A stretch of DNA of 64,000 nucleotides, taken from assembly GCF_009914755.1 (NCBI RefSeq), contig NC_060931.1; one strand, 5' to 3'. The notes under the pieces were generated by a model. It ran no database searches and was not told the origin of the DNA. It saw only the letters and a list, made by a program, of their open reading frames with translations. This document shows, one piece after another, positions 25,355 through 40,199 of the stretch (positions are counted from its first letter, which is position 1; every line of letters begins with the position of its first letter). The translations under genes were made by a program, and so were the position numbers. The DNA comes from the human T2T-CHM13v2.0 reference genome, Homo sapiens.

Positions 25355-27572
25355 ATTGAGATATGAACTTCTACCTTGTTTAATTTCTGGGTCATCCAAC
25401 AGCTCTCCTATTAATTTGTTATACTTTCTCAGGTTTCTCTACTGGTATAATAAACAAAATAGTAAAAAGAGGTTAGCTCAGTGAACAGTTACTGAGTTCC
25501 CACTGCCTGTGGGTACCAGTTAGGCTCTGAGGGAGAACAAAGATGAACTAATTATGATTTCTGCCTCAAGATTAAAACTTCCTCCATGCCAGATGCCTGC
25601 TGCGAACCTTGTTTGAGAAATTCATTTTCTTTACTCCATTTTATTCTAAGTATGTCAGCACTTAAAAGATTTCTTTGAAAATTTGACTTTCTTGAGTATA
25701 ACCAGTACCAATGGGTTAGTTCTATTCCACTTGCTCTAGCTTCTTTTTGATCCTTGCAAAATCTCTTTCCCCTTGAGAATGGGCTGCTTTTTATTCTCCT
25801 GGTTTTTAATGTTATAGAGAATCTTGCTGACAGTCATTATACAGCAAGGGGGGAAATGCCATCCAAGGAAAACCCTCAGCTGTCCTAGAAAGTTTTCAAA
25901 TGAAGTCATGCTCCTGATGAGATTTTGAAGCAGCGACCTGAATTTGAACTGTGTGTCAAGGTTTCCGCTGGCTCTTGAGTGCAGTGGACTTTGCTGGGCG
26001 TGTATCCATTGGCTGTGCACTGTAGTTTGCATTTTTATCATCTTTGGTCTTCTCGTGGGCAAAGGACACCTGGCTTTATAAGCACAAAGGACATATTACT
26101 TCAAATTGTGGATCCCAAGCCAGCATGTTCCAACAACTTCCCTGCAGTCTGCTCCTTCCCCACTCGGCTTCTCCCACCTGCTCAGTGTCTGTATTTGTTG
26201 AAGGTGAGGGTACGGAACAGGAGGGAGAGTAGGAAAGTGGATGCACAGGTTAGCGTTTGCTTCCTGTTCTGTTTGATTAGTGTAGCACTGAGGGTGAGTG
26301 CCAGATTGCGAAGCCTCCAGAGGGTTCAGGAAAGGATGTAGTGATGAGAACAACAGCTGGCCTGCTGGTCTGGAATCACAGAAGTAGTGTGTTTGTCACT
26401 TTCCTCATCACTGTTGTATGTGCTTTCAGACTTTATATACTGTGTGTTCCTGTGATATTTGGAAGAATCTGTACAAATGGATTTAGGATGGAAAGGTTTA
26501 GTTGTGTTGTAGGGAGATCTGGGATGAGCTGCATCTGGGAAGGGTTTTCTATGGAAGCCAAAGGTGCAGGCCTCAAGCCCCAAAACTATTCTTTCCAATC
26601 TGGATCAGATTGTTTTTTAATTTATAATTTATAATTGGAGTAATAAATGCATTCAAACTGAATAATCAGACAAAATTATGAAGAATTAGGTATGGAACAA
26701 TTGATACTAATTTTAGGATTGAGAGATTGTTGTAGGTCTCTGGGGTTAAAGTCTCTCAGGGGAGATTTACATGAACTCAAGAACTTGTGTAGAAAGATAA
26801 AGATGGCTTTTGCCCTTAAAATGTTTCCAAGAGAAAAAGTCCTTCTGGTTCAGCAGTTTTCTTTTAAGTTCAATGGCTGAACCTGCTTTGAAAGCAAAAC
26901 AAGGAAAGTAAATGCTGGGATTTCCATAAGAAAGATTGATGCTTAAATTAGTTTTCAGTGACATGGTCCTGTTAACAACTTGTTGGAAAAATTATTGAGG
27001 AGAGGCAGCTTTTTATTACTTTTTCTTAAGCGTTTATGGAATCTCCTGCTGTTTCATAGAATTTCAAATGGGAAATGAGAGACTCAGTAGCATAATTTTT
27101 TGGTTCTAGATTATTAGCAGAGGCTTTGTCCTGGTGAGCTGTACCTAAGGTTTTGCCCATCAATGGCCCTGCATCAACCATTTTTGTTCAAATTTAATTG
27201 GTTCCCCAGTTACCTTTTCATGAATATGGTTTGTCTGCACAATCGATCAGATGGACTTTGCTGTTGATCCAATTGGGTTGTCAAGACTTTGTTGATTGGC
27301 CGAGGCTTGAATGTTACAGTCATTTGGAGGCAGTTGGGTGGTCTATGGAAAATAAATCTGATTTGGGAATAATCAGGTGGAGTAAATCTGGATTCAAGAC
27401 TTTGGTTTGAATCTCAGCTGGCATTCGAATATGATAAATAATTCCTTGGTAATCTGTGTGAATCTCACAGGCTAAGAATCTTTTCAACCCTATAAAAAGA
27501 AAACAATTTAAGGCAAAATTATGGTCTGTGGGAATTGCTATCAATTCTGAAATGAATCTAAAAGAAAACATC

Positions 27573-27842
<270 letters not shown>

Positions 27843-28068
27843 AAAAAAATCTTGTATTATCTAAATGGTTACAAAAGAATGTACATGTCCATTGTTTTCT
27901 AGCATTTATAGAAACTTTCGTATAAGTTTTGTTTAAAATTTTAGGGGAGTTTACAAAATTTATGAAATTCTTCCCTTTAGCAAGTTAAAATTCAAACTTA
28001 TTGAGCTCAAAAATGTGTTACACATGTATTATGAATGCTACAGGAAATTAGAAAACATAGACAATGAA

Positions 28069-28376
28069 GGCCAGGCGCGGTGGCTCACACCTGTAATCCC
28101 AGCACTTTTGGAGGCTGAGGCGGGTGGATCACAAGGTCAGGAGATTGAGACCATCCCGGCTAACATGGTGAAACCCCGTCTCTACTAAAAAAATACAAAA
28201 AATTAGCCAGGCGTGGTGGTGGGCGCCTGTAGTCCCAGCTACTCGGGAGGCTGAGGCAGGAGAACGGCGTGAACCTCGGAGGCGGAGCTTGCAGTGAGCC
28301 GAGAGACGCCACAGGACTCCAGCCTGGGCGACGGAGCGAGACTCCGTCTCAAAAAAAAAAAAAAAAAAAAAAAAAA
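28069..28376 (+). mobile_element. AluY
   Basis: GAGACCATCCCGGCTAAC, GGCGTGAACC and GCGGAGCTTGCAG diagnostics; CpG-rich; A26 tail. Confidence 0.95.
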
Positions 28377-28384
28377 GACTGAAG

Positions 28385-29380
28385 AAAGTAAAAATCACTT
28401 CATCCAGAGAACTGGTTTTTTCATTTTGAGGTATACGTGCATATGTATACACACATACACTTATTTTACAACAATCAGGTCATATTGTGTATACTGTTGT
28501 AGCATGTTTTTTCAGTCTGAGAATAAATTATTCACATCCTGACTCATCAGTAAATATCCTTTATAGGATCATTTTAAATGCCTGTATAATATTTTATTTT
28601 TTCTTTTTTTCTTCATATATTAAATACCTATTAGAACTTATTGTGCACCGAAGTTTTCATTGCTTTACAAATATTAACTCATTTAATATGAACATAGATA
28701 CAACATAGTTTATCTAATCATTTTGTTAATGTTGAGCATTTAAGGTGATTCTAAGTATCACTGCAATGAACATAACTTGCAGTTATAGTTGAGCTTAACC
28801 TCATTTCTTTAAGATAAAATTTTAGAAGTAGAGTTTCTAGGTCAAATGGCATGCACATTTTAAGGCACTATATATATAAAATATACAAAATATAAATATA
28901 TATCAATATAATGTAAAATGTGTGAGCAAGCAGCTCATTGCATGCACCCTGCCAACACATTTTCATTAATATAAACAATAAAAAACTCAAAAAGAAATTA
29001 TTTTCAAAATGATAGGTAAAAATTGGTTTCTCATTTCTAATGATATTCATCTTTTTTCTATTGATTTTTGAGAGTTCTTTTGGTATTAAAGATATTAGCC
29101 TTTTATAGTATGCTGCAATATTTTTCCCTTTGCCATTTGCTTTGTTTCTCTGATTATAGTAGTTATTATCATATGCAAGTGTTACCTTTTTTGGTAGCCA
29201 AATATATCTTTTTTTGTGGTTTATAGGTTTTCCCTTTCCATTTATGCTTATATGGGGCTGACTTGCCCCTAGATTAAATAAAAAATACACATAAATTTTC
29301 TTCAAGTTACTTTTACAGTTTCATTTATTTTATTTTATTTTATTTTAAATCTTTAATCTATCTGGAATTTATTTTGGCCG
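28385..29380 (-). mobile_element. Old L1M (L1ME-like) fragments
   Basis: AT-rich; TAGAAGTAGAGTTTCTAGGTCAAATGGCATGCACATTTTAA and TTTAAATCTTTAATCTATCTGGAATTTATTTT. Confidence 0.65.
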
Positions 29381-30289
29381 GCATATTTTTTTTGAACCAT
29401 CTAGAATGCTTTCAGTACACAGGAGCAAATGTCCATGCAGTTTTACAAATTTTATAATAAAATATAAAACTTTGGGCTTAATAAGTTTAAAAAATTAACA
29501 TAGATTAAGTTCTTCATCATGCGCCAGGTAGCGTGCCACAGGCTTTGTATATCTATTTCATGGGCTTCTAATAGTAAGTGTGATTTAAAGTGTCCCATAG
29601 TTATCAAAGTGGTATAATGGTGACCAGTTATCTTCGCAACATGGCCTGGGACATTGTTTGGTGAGGGGTGTAATTACTCAACCACAATACTGGTTTTATT
29701 TGTAAGTTCCTTCTTGTCTACTGCCATGGTAGTCTGAGTGATGTTTCTATCTCTTGTCTTTTTCCTGCTAGTTTCTTCTTCCAGTGGTTTTAAGTACAAC
29801 TGTTCCTGTGATTGAGAGTATTGGTGCCGTCTTCTCTCTTACTGACAGCATTTATTGACACAATTGGTATTGTTACTGCCTTTCTGCTTTTAATCTAGAG
29901 GGAGGGAGACAATTCCTGCATAATAAGCTTGGGTTTCCATTTTTAGGCAGCTGTCTTCATGTGGCCATGTGTTTCACCCCCTTCCTCTTGTAATTTGCAC
30001 CACAAGCGTCAACATCTGCACATGTTTTTCCAGGATCTCTGGGAGTTCACCTCCATCCCTGTGGGGGCCGAGTCCCCAGGAATTTAACCCTCAGATTGTG
30101 CTGCTGCAAATTCAGCCAGCCAAGGACCTATGCCGGTCTACTTTTTGGCCCTGGCTGTGTTCAACAGTTGTTTATAGATTCTCATCATCCCTTTGTATGT
30201 CTGTTCTTCGAACCAGATTTGACACATGGAATCTTGCTCATGTTAGCACTGAGGTTCTTCTGCAGTTTGTTTTATTGATTGACCATTAA

Positions 30290-30850
30290 TAAAACCCAAT
30301 TCATAAATTCGTTCAAAAGTATTTACTAAATGCCTTCTAGTTCCCAGGATCTGTGCTGGGCATTGGAGATGCATGTGCAAATAAAAGAGGCAGCTTTGTT
30401 TTCATCACAATTACAACTTAGGGAGGAAAAATATATCAATTAATCATACAAGTAAATGTCATTGCAAACTGTGATAAGTGCAAAATGTCATGAGGAAAAG
30501 TGGGAAGATTTGTGAGCTACTATTATGTAGACATGATGTGGTCCTTGGCCACAGGAAGGCATCCTGAGGAAGGTAAGCTTGAGCCGCCATCTGAAGAAGA
30601 GTGGACGCAAATCAGGAGAGGGCAGTGCAAAACTCCAGTGCAAAGGCCCTGTGGTAGAAAGGGGCAACACATAGTTCTGAAACTGAAGGAAGACAAGGCA
30701 AGAGCAGAGGACAGGTGGATGAGTTAAGGTTGGAGAGATGGCCCAGGCCAGATGTTGCAGGCCACCCACAAAACAGTAAGAGAGAGTCAAGGAAATGTGT
30801 TAAGTGGAAAGGCTGTCATTTACTATGTGTTTTTAAAAAGAATATTCAAT
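30290..30850 (-). mobile_element. L2 fragment
   Basis: ATTCGTTCAAAAGTATTTACTAAATGCC...CAGGAAGGCATCCTGAGGAAGG...GTGCAAAGGCCCTGTGGTAG. Confidence 0.7.
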
Positions 30851-31179
30851 TAGCAATTACCAAGTAATAAAATAATTCTTAATTTTCACCAATGAATGGT
30901 TCAATTACTCAAGAGTGAATTAAGTGCATACTATATAAAAATGGCTTTAAACTTGGTGCTTCAGGGGTTACAAAGCTGAAGTAGATATCTTCCCTCCAGG
31001 TGCTGGAATTCCAGTAGAGGACATTAAATGTGTACAAAAATGACTTTAATAGAAATAAGAACAGTACAGATAAACTAGTGCAAAAGTATTTAGAAATACA
31101 ATGATTATTTTAGGAGAGAGATAACTAATCTCTTGAGACAATAATCATGGCATTGGTTCTTTAAAAACTAAAAAACACT

Positions 31180-31950
31180 AGTGTTATTTAGATATAGTTC
31201 ACACACATATATAATTCACCCATTGAAAATATATAATGTAATGGTTTTTATTATTTTCACAGCTATGTGCATATAAAATTGATTGTCAGTTCTAGAACTT
31301 ATTTACTACCTGTAAAAGTAACCCTATATGCTTTAGTAATCACTCTCCTTTTCCACCTTATCCCTAGCCCTTGGTAACCACTAATCTACTTTCTGTCTCT
31401 ATAGATTTTCCCATTCTGAACATTTCATACAAATGAAATTATATAATATGTGGTTGTGACTGGCTTCTTTTACTTAGCATGTGTTCAAGGTTCATCCATA
31501 TTGTAGCATGTATCAGTAACTCAGTCCTTTTCATGGTCAAATAATATTCCATTGTATGGATGTACCACATTTATTTATCCATTCATTGTTTGATGGACAT
31601 TTGAATTGTATCTATTAATACCTTTAGACTGTTGTGAAGAGTAATACCGTGTACATGTATTTGTTTGAATATCTGTTTTCAATTCTTTAGGATCCATACC
31701 TAGAAGTGAAATTGCTGGGTTGTATGGTTATTCCATGTTTAATTACTTGAGGAACTGCCAGACAGTTTTCCAAAGTGGCTGCTCTTTTGCGTTCTGAGCG
31801 TTCTGATTTCTCCACATCCTTGCCAACACTCTGACTTTTTAATTAAAGCCATCCTAGTGGGTATGAAGTGGTATTTTATTATAGTTTTGGTTTGCATTTT
31901 CTTGATGACCAATGATGTCCAGCATCTTTTAATGTGATGGCATTGGTTCT
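31180..31950 (-). mobile_element. L1MB-like 3' end fragment
   Basis: CCCTAGCCCTTGGTAACCACTAATCTACTTTCTGTCTCTATAGATTT...GGTTCATCCATATTGTAGCATGTATCAGTA...GCCATCCTAGTGGGTATGAAGTGGTAT. Confidence 0.85.
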
Positions 31951-32559
31951 CACATTTAAACATAATAAATAACTCATTCCCTTTTAAGTTGATAAAAGAA
32001 TGAGATAAAAAAATGGGGTCGAATGTAAACTACATGATGGTAGGGACCTTCCGGTCTTATTTATGATTGTGATCCCATTACCTAGTAATAGGCAATAGTA
32101 GTATACAATAAAACACTGGGTGGCTGGCTAGTTGGCTGATTGACTACTGACCTCTTCCTTCTAGTATAGGTAGGAGAGAAAAGATTTCTGAAATACAGTG
32201 AGTTTTTTTTCCACCTGCCTTTCCTCTGCCTTATTCAGCTTATTGACTCATTCCCATATTTACAGAGAAAGAAACTTGTAGGATATTAGATCTTTAAAGA
32301 AGTTGGTGTTTCAGAGCTCAGGGACAGCTCATTTTCTCTGTCTCTCTGAATGACTCATTTTTCAGAATTACAGAATGATGGGAGTTAATAGAGAATTGTG
32401 AGACCCTTAGAGATTAGATTTTTAAATTAAACATTTCATTCTTTTTACCTTTCCAAAAGCTATTGTCATCTTCTTTGAATTGTGTATTTGTTTTCATGAT
32501 TCTTAACAAAATCAAACAATAAACAATCAAACAACAACAGCAATAATAAAGGCCATCCT

Positions 32560-32867
32560 GGCTGGGCGCTGTGGCTCACGCCTGTAATCCCAGCACTTTG
32601 GGAGGCTGAGGTGGGTGGATCACCTGAGGTCAGGAGTTTGAGACCAGCCTGGCCAACATGGCAAAATTCCGTCTCTACTAGAAATACAAAAATGAGCCGG
32701 GTGTGGTGGTGCACACCTGTAATCCCAGCTACTTGGGAGGCTGAGGCAGGAGAATTGCTTGAACCTGGGAGACAGATGTGCAGTGATCTGAGATCGCTCC
32801 ACTGCAACTCCAGCCTGGGTGACAAAGGGAGACCCTGTCTCCGAAAAAAAAAAAAGAAAAGAAAAAA
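32560..32867 (+). mobile_element. AluSx-like element
   Basis: Full dimer with GGATCACCTGAGGTCAGGAG and an A-rich tail. Confidence 0.95.
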
Positions 32868-33885
32868 GCAGATTGGGATTCTTAAGTCACTCTTTCTCCT
32901 TAATGGGTATTATTATTGGTACATAGACAATAACAATTATTTAAGGCTAGAGGGGCAGAGTCTTAAGAAAAATCAATGTAAATCCATATCCCCCAATCAG
33001 AACCTCATCTACCCTTACGTTTTTGGAAATTATTTATAATACAAAATGTTGGAGCATCAGTTATGCCAAAAGTCAAATTGCTTCATTCATCAATGGGAAG
33101 CTACCTCAGAAACTTAGTGTTTCCAAATATAAAGCTGTGTTATTTCCATTCATCACAGTCATTTTTATAAGACCACCAGGATCAAAAGTACTAGGCTTAC
33201 ATTCCTATGAGGATGTCTTAAGGGTCCCTAGAGTCAGAAGCACCGAACTCAGCTGTCAGGAGGATATATCAGGAGGCCATATCTTGTCCCAGGCCCCTTC
33301 TGGGTAAAAAAGTAATAACTAATAGAAAACAGACAAAAAAGCTGTTAGGTTGATAATCACTCTTGATACGCAGTCTCTCTAGGGAGAGACCATAAAACCA
33401 TTATGCTCTCAACCCCAAAACCTTTATCATAACTCGAAGAAAGGTACCTAAAGTGTTGTTATGATTGCCCTGTTTACTACTATAATTTTTTCATTCTTGT
33501 CATCTGTTATTTAATACCTTGGACACTGTGGGTCTCTGAAAAGTTTTTGCGTAGCATAAGCCAAACCTGCTTCAAAAATCATTTTTCACCCAGAAACAGA
33601 AGGTTGGGATAGAAGAGGTTCTGCCAATTTGGCATCAGAGAGGTTGCTGTTAGGCCAGTTAAAAAGACACTCTGTTAATGTAATAAGCGCAGGCCATCCT
33701 AAGGGAATGGAAAAGCATTTTCCAGAACTTTTATTTCTTGTGTTAAAGATTTAAGCATAAACCTCTGAAAATCCCTGAGAACTAAATTTCTACCTTGAAT
33801 ACATTTCTTTGTTGTGGCTTTTCCTAATTTCCATTTACTTAACCGAGCTTTGAATTTATTTATTCCATTTCATTAAAACAAAACA

Positions 33886-34184
<299 letters not shown>

Positions 34185-34480
34185 TCTAGGGTCACAAGAC
34201 GTAATTTAAAAGAAAGTAGCTCACTCTTTATGTATGATACTGTTCATTTTTGCATCTTCTCGTTTTTAATGCAAGGCGTTCCATGCTCAAAGAGGGGGAG
34301 CATTTCCAAAGCTGATTCCCTGTGGCTAGGAGGGTGGTCACTTGATCTGGGATTTATTGCCATGAGGGGGAAGCATTACCTTGGATGAGTGGAAAGACAA
34401 CAGTGCCTGCGTGGCATGTATGTGGTTTTCAATGAAAATTTTCTGGACGGTGGATGAATGAATAGCATGAACATGATGAG

Positions 34481-34849
34481 TATGATATTTAGTTTTGTGT
34501 GCCAATTTGGCTAAGCAACCGTATACAAATAGTCAAATATTATTCTAGATTCCTCTGTGCAGGTATCACTTATATGAAATTAATATTTAGATTAGCAGAC
34601 TTTGAGTAAAGCAGATTCCTCTCTGCAACATGGATAGGCCTCATCCAATTGGTTGAAGGCCTTCATAGAAAAAGGCTAATCTCTCTCAAACAAGAGGGAA
34701 TTCTGCCAGCAGATCACCATCATGAAATGCAGCGTCACCTCTTGCCTGGGTCTCTAGCCTGCCAGGCTACTCTACAGATTTTGGATTTACCAGCCCCCAC
34801 AATGTTGTCAATGAATTCCTTAAAATCTCTCTCTCTCTCTCTCTCACTG

Positions 34850-34911
<62 letters not shown>

Positions 34912-34982
34912 TCGATACAATGACACATATACATGCACGCTATTGGTTCTGCTTCACTGGAGAACACTCGGAAGAATTGAAT
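34481..34982 (+). mobile_element. MLT2 (ERVL) solo LTR
   Basis: GACTTTGAGTAAAGCAGATT...GGCCTCATCCAATTGGTTGAAGGCC...CTATTGGTTCTGCTTCACTGGAGAAC. Confidence 0.85.
34826..34906 (+). repeat. Compound (TC)n(CA)20 microsatellite
   Basis: TC run from 34826, then 20 perfect CA units at 34867-34906. Confidence 0.95.
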
Positions 34983-35194
34983 AATGCAGTAAGTTCAGGA
35001 GAACTTTCTGGATGAATATATCCATCACTGGCTAGGACTACTGAGAGTGAAAAACAACGAGGGATGTGTGATACAAGCTGAGTTAAATGTTAAGATTGCA
35101 TGTGCCAGGGTACCCACGTAGTACCCACAGCAGAGGAGGGCAGTGCTGCTCAAAGGAACCAGATGGGCTGAACATCTTTCAACCAAACACCAAC

Positions 35195-37200
35195 ATTTTT
35201 TTTACATAGTTGAAATCATGGTACACATGTTATACATGAAATTTTGTGTTCTGCTTTTTCTCCCTATAGCACATCATTAAACATTTTCTTGTTATACTAC
35301 ATAAGCTTCAAAAATACTTCTAGTGGTTGAAAACATTTCATCATGTTCTCTACTGTTGGACCTATGTTTCCAATTTAACCTTATAAGTAATGCTACGTGG
35401 AACATCTTCATGCACATGTGCTTTCTGATCTCTTGTTTCTGAAGGATAAACAACCAGTAATGAGATTACTGGACCAGACAGTAACAACATTTTGTTTTTC
35501 TAAAGGAAATAGAAGGCAGGAAGTAGAAAAATCAAGAAGAAAAACTATTATAAATAGAAAACTTCAAAAGATGAAAGACAAAAATTCAAATAGACCAGTG
35601 ATCAGAAAAATTATAAATGGATTAAAGCTCCCTATTAAAAATTGGAGACCCTCAAATTGAATATCTAGGAAAAGTAGTTATATATGGTTAAATGTGCTTT
35701 GCAAGGGGAATACCTAACAGAATGACACAGAAAAATTGAAAGTAAAGATGTGAAAAAATATAACCTAAAACCAACCAATGAAAGTTGTTATAGCAAGCAT
35801 ATCAGATGAAATAAAATTAAAGGTAAAAAAGTGAAAAAAGTGATATTAGAAATAATATACTAGGAAAATATTATAATCATGTACATGCCCATTCCCAATA
35901 ACATTGACTTCACATTTACATAAAAAATTGTCCAACCTTGCAAGGATAATTTGACACCTCTTTAATCGTAAGGGCAGATTTTAACACACTTCTCTCAGAA
36001 ATGGATACCTCAAGCTGAGAAGATGTAAAAGTATAAAATATTTGAACAATTGAAATTGTGTGATTTAATAGACATATTTAAAACCCTGCATTCAAGAGAA
36101 GAATACACATTTATCAATGACTACATGGAAAATTGTAAAAACTTGACCACTCAGACTCCAAAAGTCTCAAGATATTCCAAAGATTGATGTAACATACAAT
36201 ACAATTAAATTTCAATTTCAAAAAAGCAAAAAAAAATACAATGATGATTATTTTGAGTCGTGTTTTTTTGTTTGTTGTTTTTTTTTGAGATGGAGTTTTG
36301 CTCTCGTTGCCCAGACTGGAGTGCGATGGCACAATCTTGGCTCACCGCAAGCTCCTCCTCCCGGGTTCAAGCGATTCCTTTGCCTCAGCCTCCTGAGTAG
36401 CTGGAATTACAGGCGTGCACCATCACGCCCGGCTAATTTTGTGTTTTTCGTAGAGATGAGGTTTCTCCGTATTGGTCAGGCTGATCTCGAACTCCCGACC
36501 TCAAGTGATCTGCCCACCTCAGCCTCCCAAAGTGCTGGGATTACAGGTGAGAGCCGCTGTGCCCGGCCATTTGGAGTAGTTTTAATAGTAGACCTCAGTT
36601 GGATATAGCTTATTGTCTGTGATTAGGTAAACGAGCTTTAAGAAAGAATATTATACACTGATTAAAGTGAATGAACTAGATATACTGATATGAATGTGCA
36701 TAAATTGTGGAAACATAATATTGCATGAAAAAATCAAGTTCAAGAGCGATATATAGTGTAATACCATGTACGTAAAATTCAAAATATCAAGGAATATCAC
36801 GTATAATTCATGGATATAATTGTATGTGGAAAAATTATGTTATTTAATGTTATATTAACAATTAGCTATTCGTAGGTAATATATAATTATTTAATATATT
36901 ATTTAATTACATAAATTAAGTTTATATTTACTTATTTAATGTATACTTGTAGATTATTTAATGTATTATGTTACTAAAATAATAATTAAACAAGGAATAG
37001 TTATTTGCCTTTGGGGAAGAAGGGAAAATAATGGAATTAGGGATGGAAGAGGCCAAAGAGATTTCTACTATCCTCTTCAAAATCTAAAATAAATATAGCA
37101 AAATGTTAACATTTGTTAATTCTGAGTGCTGGCTACATAGGTATTTGTTGTATTACTGTCTGTTCTTTTCTGTTTGAAATACTTCATTATGAACAAAAGC
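35195..37200. mobile_element. Cluster of old L1M fragments (antisense ~35195-35500; sense ORF2-start-like ~35520-36240; sense 3' end ~36620-37200) interrupted by an Alu and an AT-rich tract
   Basis: ATAAATGGATTAAAGCTCCCTATTAAAA, GATTTTAACACACTTCTCTCAG and AAATATAGCAAAATGTTAACATTTGTTAATTCTGAGTG. Confidence 0.65.
36263..36568 (-). mobile_element. AluSp-like element
   Basis: GGAGTTTTGCTCTCGTTGCCCAG and GTTTCTCCGTATTGGTCAGGCTG; ends GCCCGGCC. Confidence 0.95.
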
Positions 37201-37710
37201 TTAAGTTACTTGCCAGGGATACATAGCTGGTAGTTGATATTTTAGTTTCAATATTTTGGTTTCCTTATTTTTTATTGTTTAAAAGTACTTAATGTTTATA
37301 ATTTCAAAGTGAATTCCTTCAATTTTTCCTAGGTTTATTTAACTTAAAAAGTGACTTGAGTTTTAGTCTTCCACTCTTGAAGTTTATTCTGTTTGCATTC
37401 TTACTCACTTTTCTCCTTGACCTCTTGGGAGTTTTGGTCATGATTATTAAACAAGAAAGGGTTACAGAGACAGTTTTCATTGGGAGAAGCTTGCGTATGA
37501 GGATGAAATATAAATCTACTGTTATTATTGACTTGACTCTGAGTTACCATTAATTACTAGCCTCTGGGCATTATCCAGAACTTCAGAAGGAAAAAGCCTT
37601 CTCCTCTTACTTTTCAATCACAGAATAATGTTTCTTTAGTATCTCTGATGTGCCCAGTATAGTACCTCAAATCCAGTGCATTGTGAAGTACCAAAGAAAT
37701 ACAGAGCAAA

Positions 37711-38015
<305 letters not shown>

Positions 38016-38016
38016 C

Positions 38017-38365
38017 TACTGCCTCTCAAAGCTTGTACACAAAGACTCTGCTGAACAGATTAGTAAGATATCTGGGCTCCAGGACCCACCCCAACAGATT
38101 CTGCTTGAATAGGTCTGGAATGGAGCCCAACAATTTGCATTTTCACCTAGCTCCTGGTGATGCTGATGCCGGTATTCCGCAAATCATACTTTTAGTAGCT
38201 CGGTTTTAGACCAGAGCTTCTCAAACTTCCAAGCACATTCAAATCATCTGAGATCTTGTTAAAACAGAATGCGGCTCAATAGGTTTTAGGTAGGGCTGAG
38301 GGTCTGCATTTCTAACAAGTCTCAGGTGAGGCCAGGTCATGGCTGGATTTTGAATAGAGGGACCA
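38017..38365 (+). mobile_element. Two tandem MER5-family MITEs
   Basis: TAGGTCTGGAATGGAGCCCAACAATTTGCATTTT and CTGCATTTCTAACAAGTCTCAGGTGA; each preceded by a TTYTAGAC target-like 8-mer. Confidence 0.7.
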
Positions 38366-39279
38366 GGGGTTATAGAGATCAGTTGTCACCTGGATCTAGA
38401 GTCCTTAGTGAATTTGCCTGCACACAGACACCAGTCCTGTAGAGCAAAAGCCAGAAGAAATGTAGACTCCTTTTGTTGGAGAGAAATCATTGTTAACAGG
38501 GAACCTCTTGCAGCCTTGTTATCTGCTCTTTGCTCCTTGAGAATTTTGGTTTTGCATTGGTCTTTAAAGGACAATCGTGAGTCAAAGGCTTTGAGAGAGA
38601 ATATTACAGTTCTTTTTTCCACATGCTTTTAATAACAACCAAAGTTGTTCATTTTTCTCTGAGTTTATGATAGGTACATAATGATGATTTTCATCCAAGG
38701 TCTGAAATAACATTTTTTTAAATCGGTATTTACCTGATTCGTTTGCAAAGGTCAGGGGGAAGATATAATGCTCTTCTCAGAGTCCACAGAAGCTCTTCGG
38801 ATTAGTTCTTATTTCACATTCATTAATATAATATTTCTTTATAGAATATGGCATAAAGGGATACAATTTTAAGAACTCTATATCAGCCAGCATTTCTAAA
38901 GTGAACTAAAATTATTTTATTGCAGATTTAGAGGGAGGAGGCTTATATGTTACCCCCACAATTTTATTTCTAAAACAGAGGTGGAAGAAAATCATTAGAC
39001 TGTAATGTGCTACAGTCTAATGTGTGTAATCATTAGTGTGTAATGTGCAATTTTAAGGTTGGAAAAGCTATTTAGATGGTAGAAGTACTAAAATTATGTA
39101 TCTTAGTTTTTTCTTATAAAAACAGGAGTTTACTGGCTATAATATGCTTCCCGAAGAGAATCAGAGGCCAGTGCTATCTTTTAGCACTAAGATTACGTCC
39201 TTGTTAGCTGTGTTCAATTGGAGTAAATATCTAGATCATGAATCAAGGACTCCTAGAGATGAGGTCAACTCCTGGGGTA

Positions 39280-39450
39280 TATGTATTTCTTGGGCAGAAC
39301 TGCACATTGGTGTCACCTGGGAGTTTTCTGATGCCCTGGCCACACTCAGGACAATTTAGTCAGAATCTTCTAAGCTGTGGCCTGGGCATCAGTGCTATTT
39401 AAATCTCCCTGATGATTCTAAAGTGCAATCAGGAGTGAGAACCAGCAGTG
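39280..39450 (+). mobile_element. MER5B-like MITE
   Basis: TGCACATTGGTGTCACCTGGGAG...TCAGAATCT...TGATTCTAAAGTGCAATCAGGAGTGAGAACCA. Confidence 0.65.
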
Positions 39451-40199
39451 GAGAGGCCTGGTCTTCTTTCACGTCTGAACTCCACTCTCATCTCCTGGAT
39501 TATAGTTTAACTTATGATTTTGCTCAGTCTGAGCCAAATTCATGGATGATTGAGCATCTTTCTTTCCCTTAACTTCACATTATCCTTCTCTGTTAATCAA
39601 ACACATTTAGATTCTCCTAAATATGTTTATATTCTAAGAATAGGGCTGTTCTTTAATTTGAAAGCATCATTTTTTCATAATTTTCAGCTAATTAGGATCC
39701 ACATTAGATTTTTGTTTGTACTTAAAGGAATGCATGTAGACTTCTTTTGGGTTGAGACTATATCTTTTAATCTGTCTCCTTTCCCAGGAGGATGCTGAAT
39801 TAATGTATCTTTTCATTTAATTATCCATGGGGCACAGCATATAATTTAATGCTTGGCACATAGAGAGTACTCAGCAAATCTTAGTTGAATGTACATTTGC
39901 CCTTGTCCTTTAACTCTGGTGCTCAAATATTCAATTAGTTCCTGAATGTTGTTGACATAGGCTCTCAAACATATTTAAATCTATTTCCTGGGTTGCATTA
40001 GCAACCATCATTGTCTTGGTGTAGCTCATTGTTATCTTTTCTGTTTCCCAACTGCTCGCTCTCCTCTTTTAGGTACATCTTCTCCCATGATGAACTAATG
40101 TAGCCTCTACTTCCACAACTCAGCTTCCTCTGTGCAGCCAAAGTGATTTTGAAAATTAATTTTCTTCCATGTATTATGTTGTATTTTATTATATTATTA

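Noticed and set aside
36830-36990. Extremely AT-rich tract
   Set aside because: Low-complexity expansion within an old L1 3' end with no ordered periodicity.
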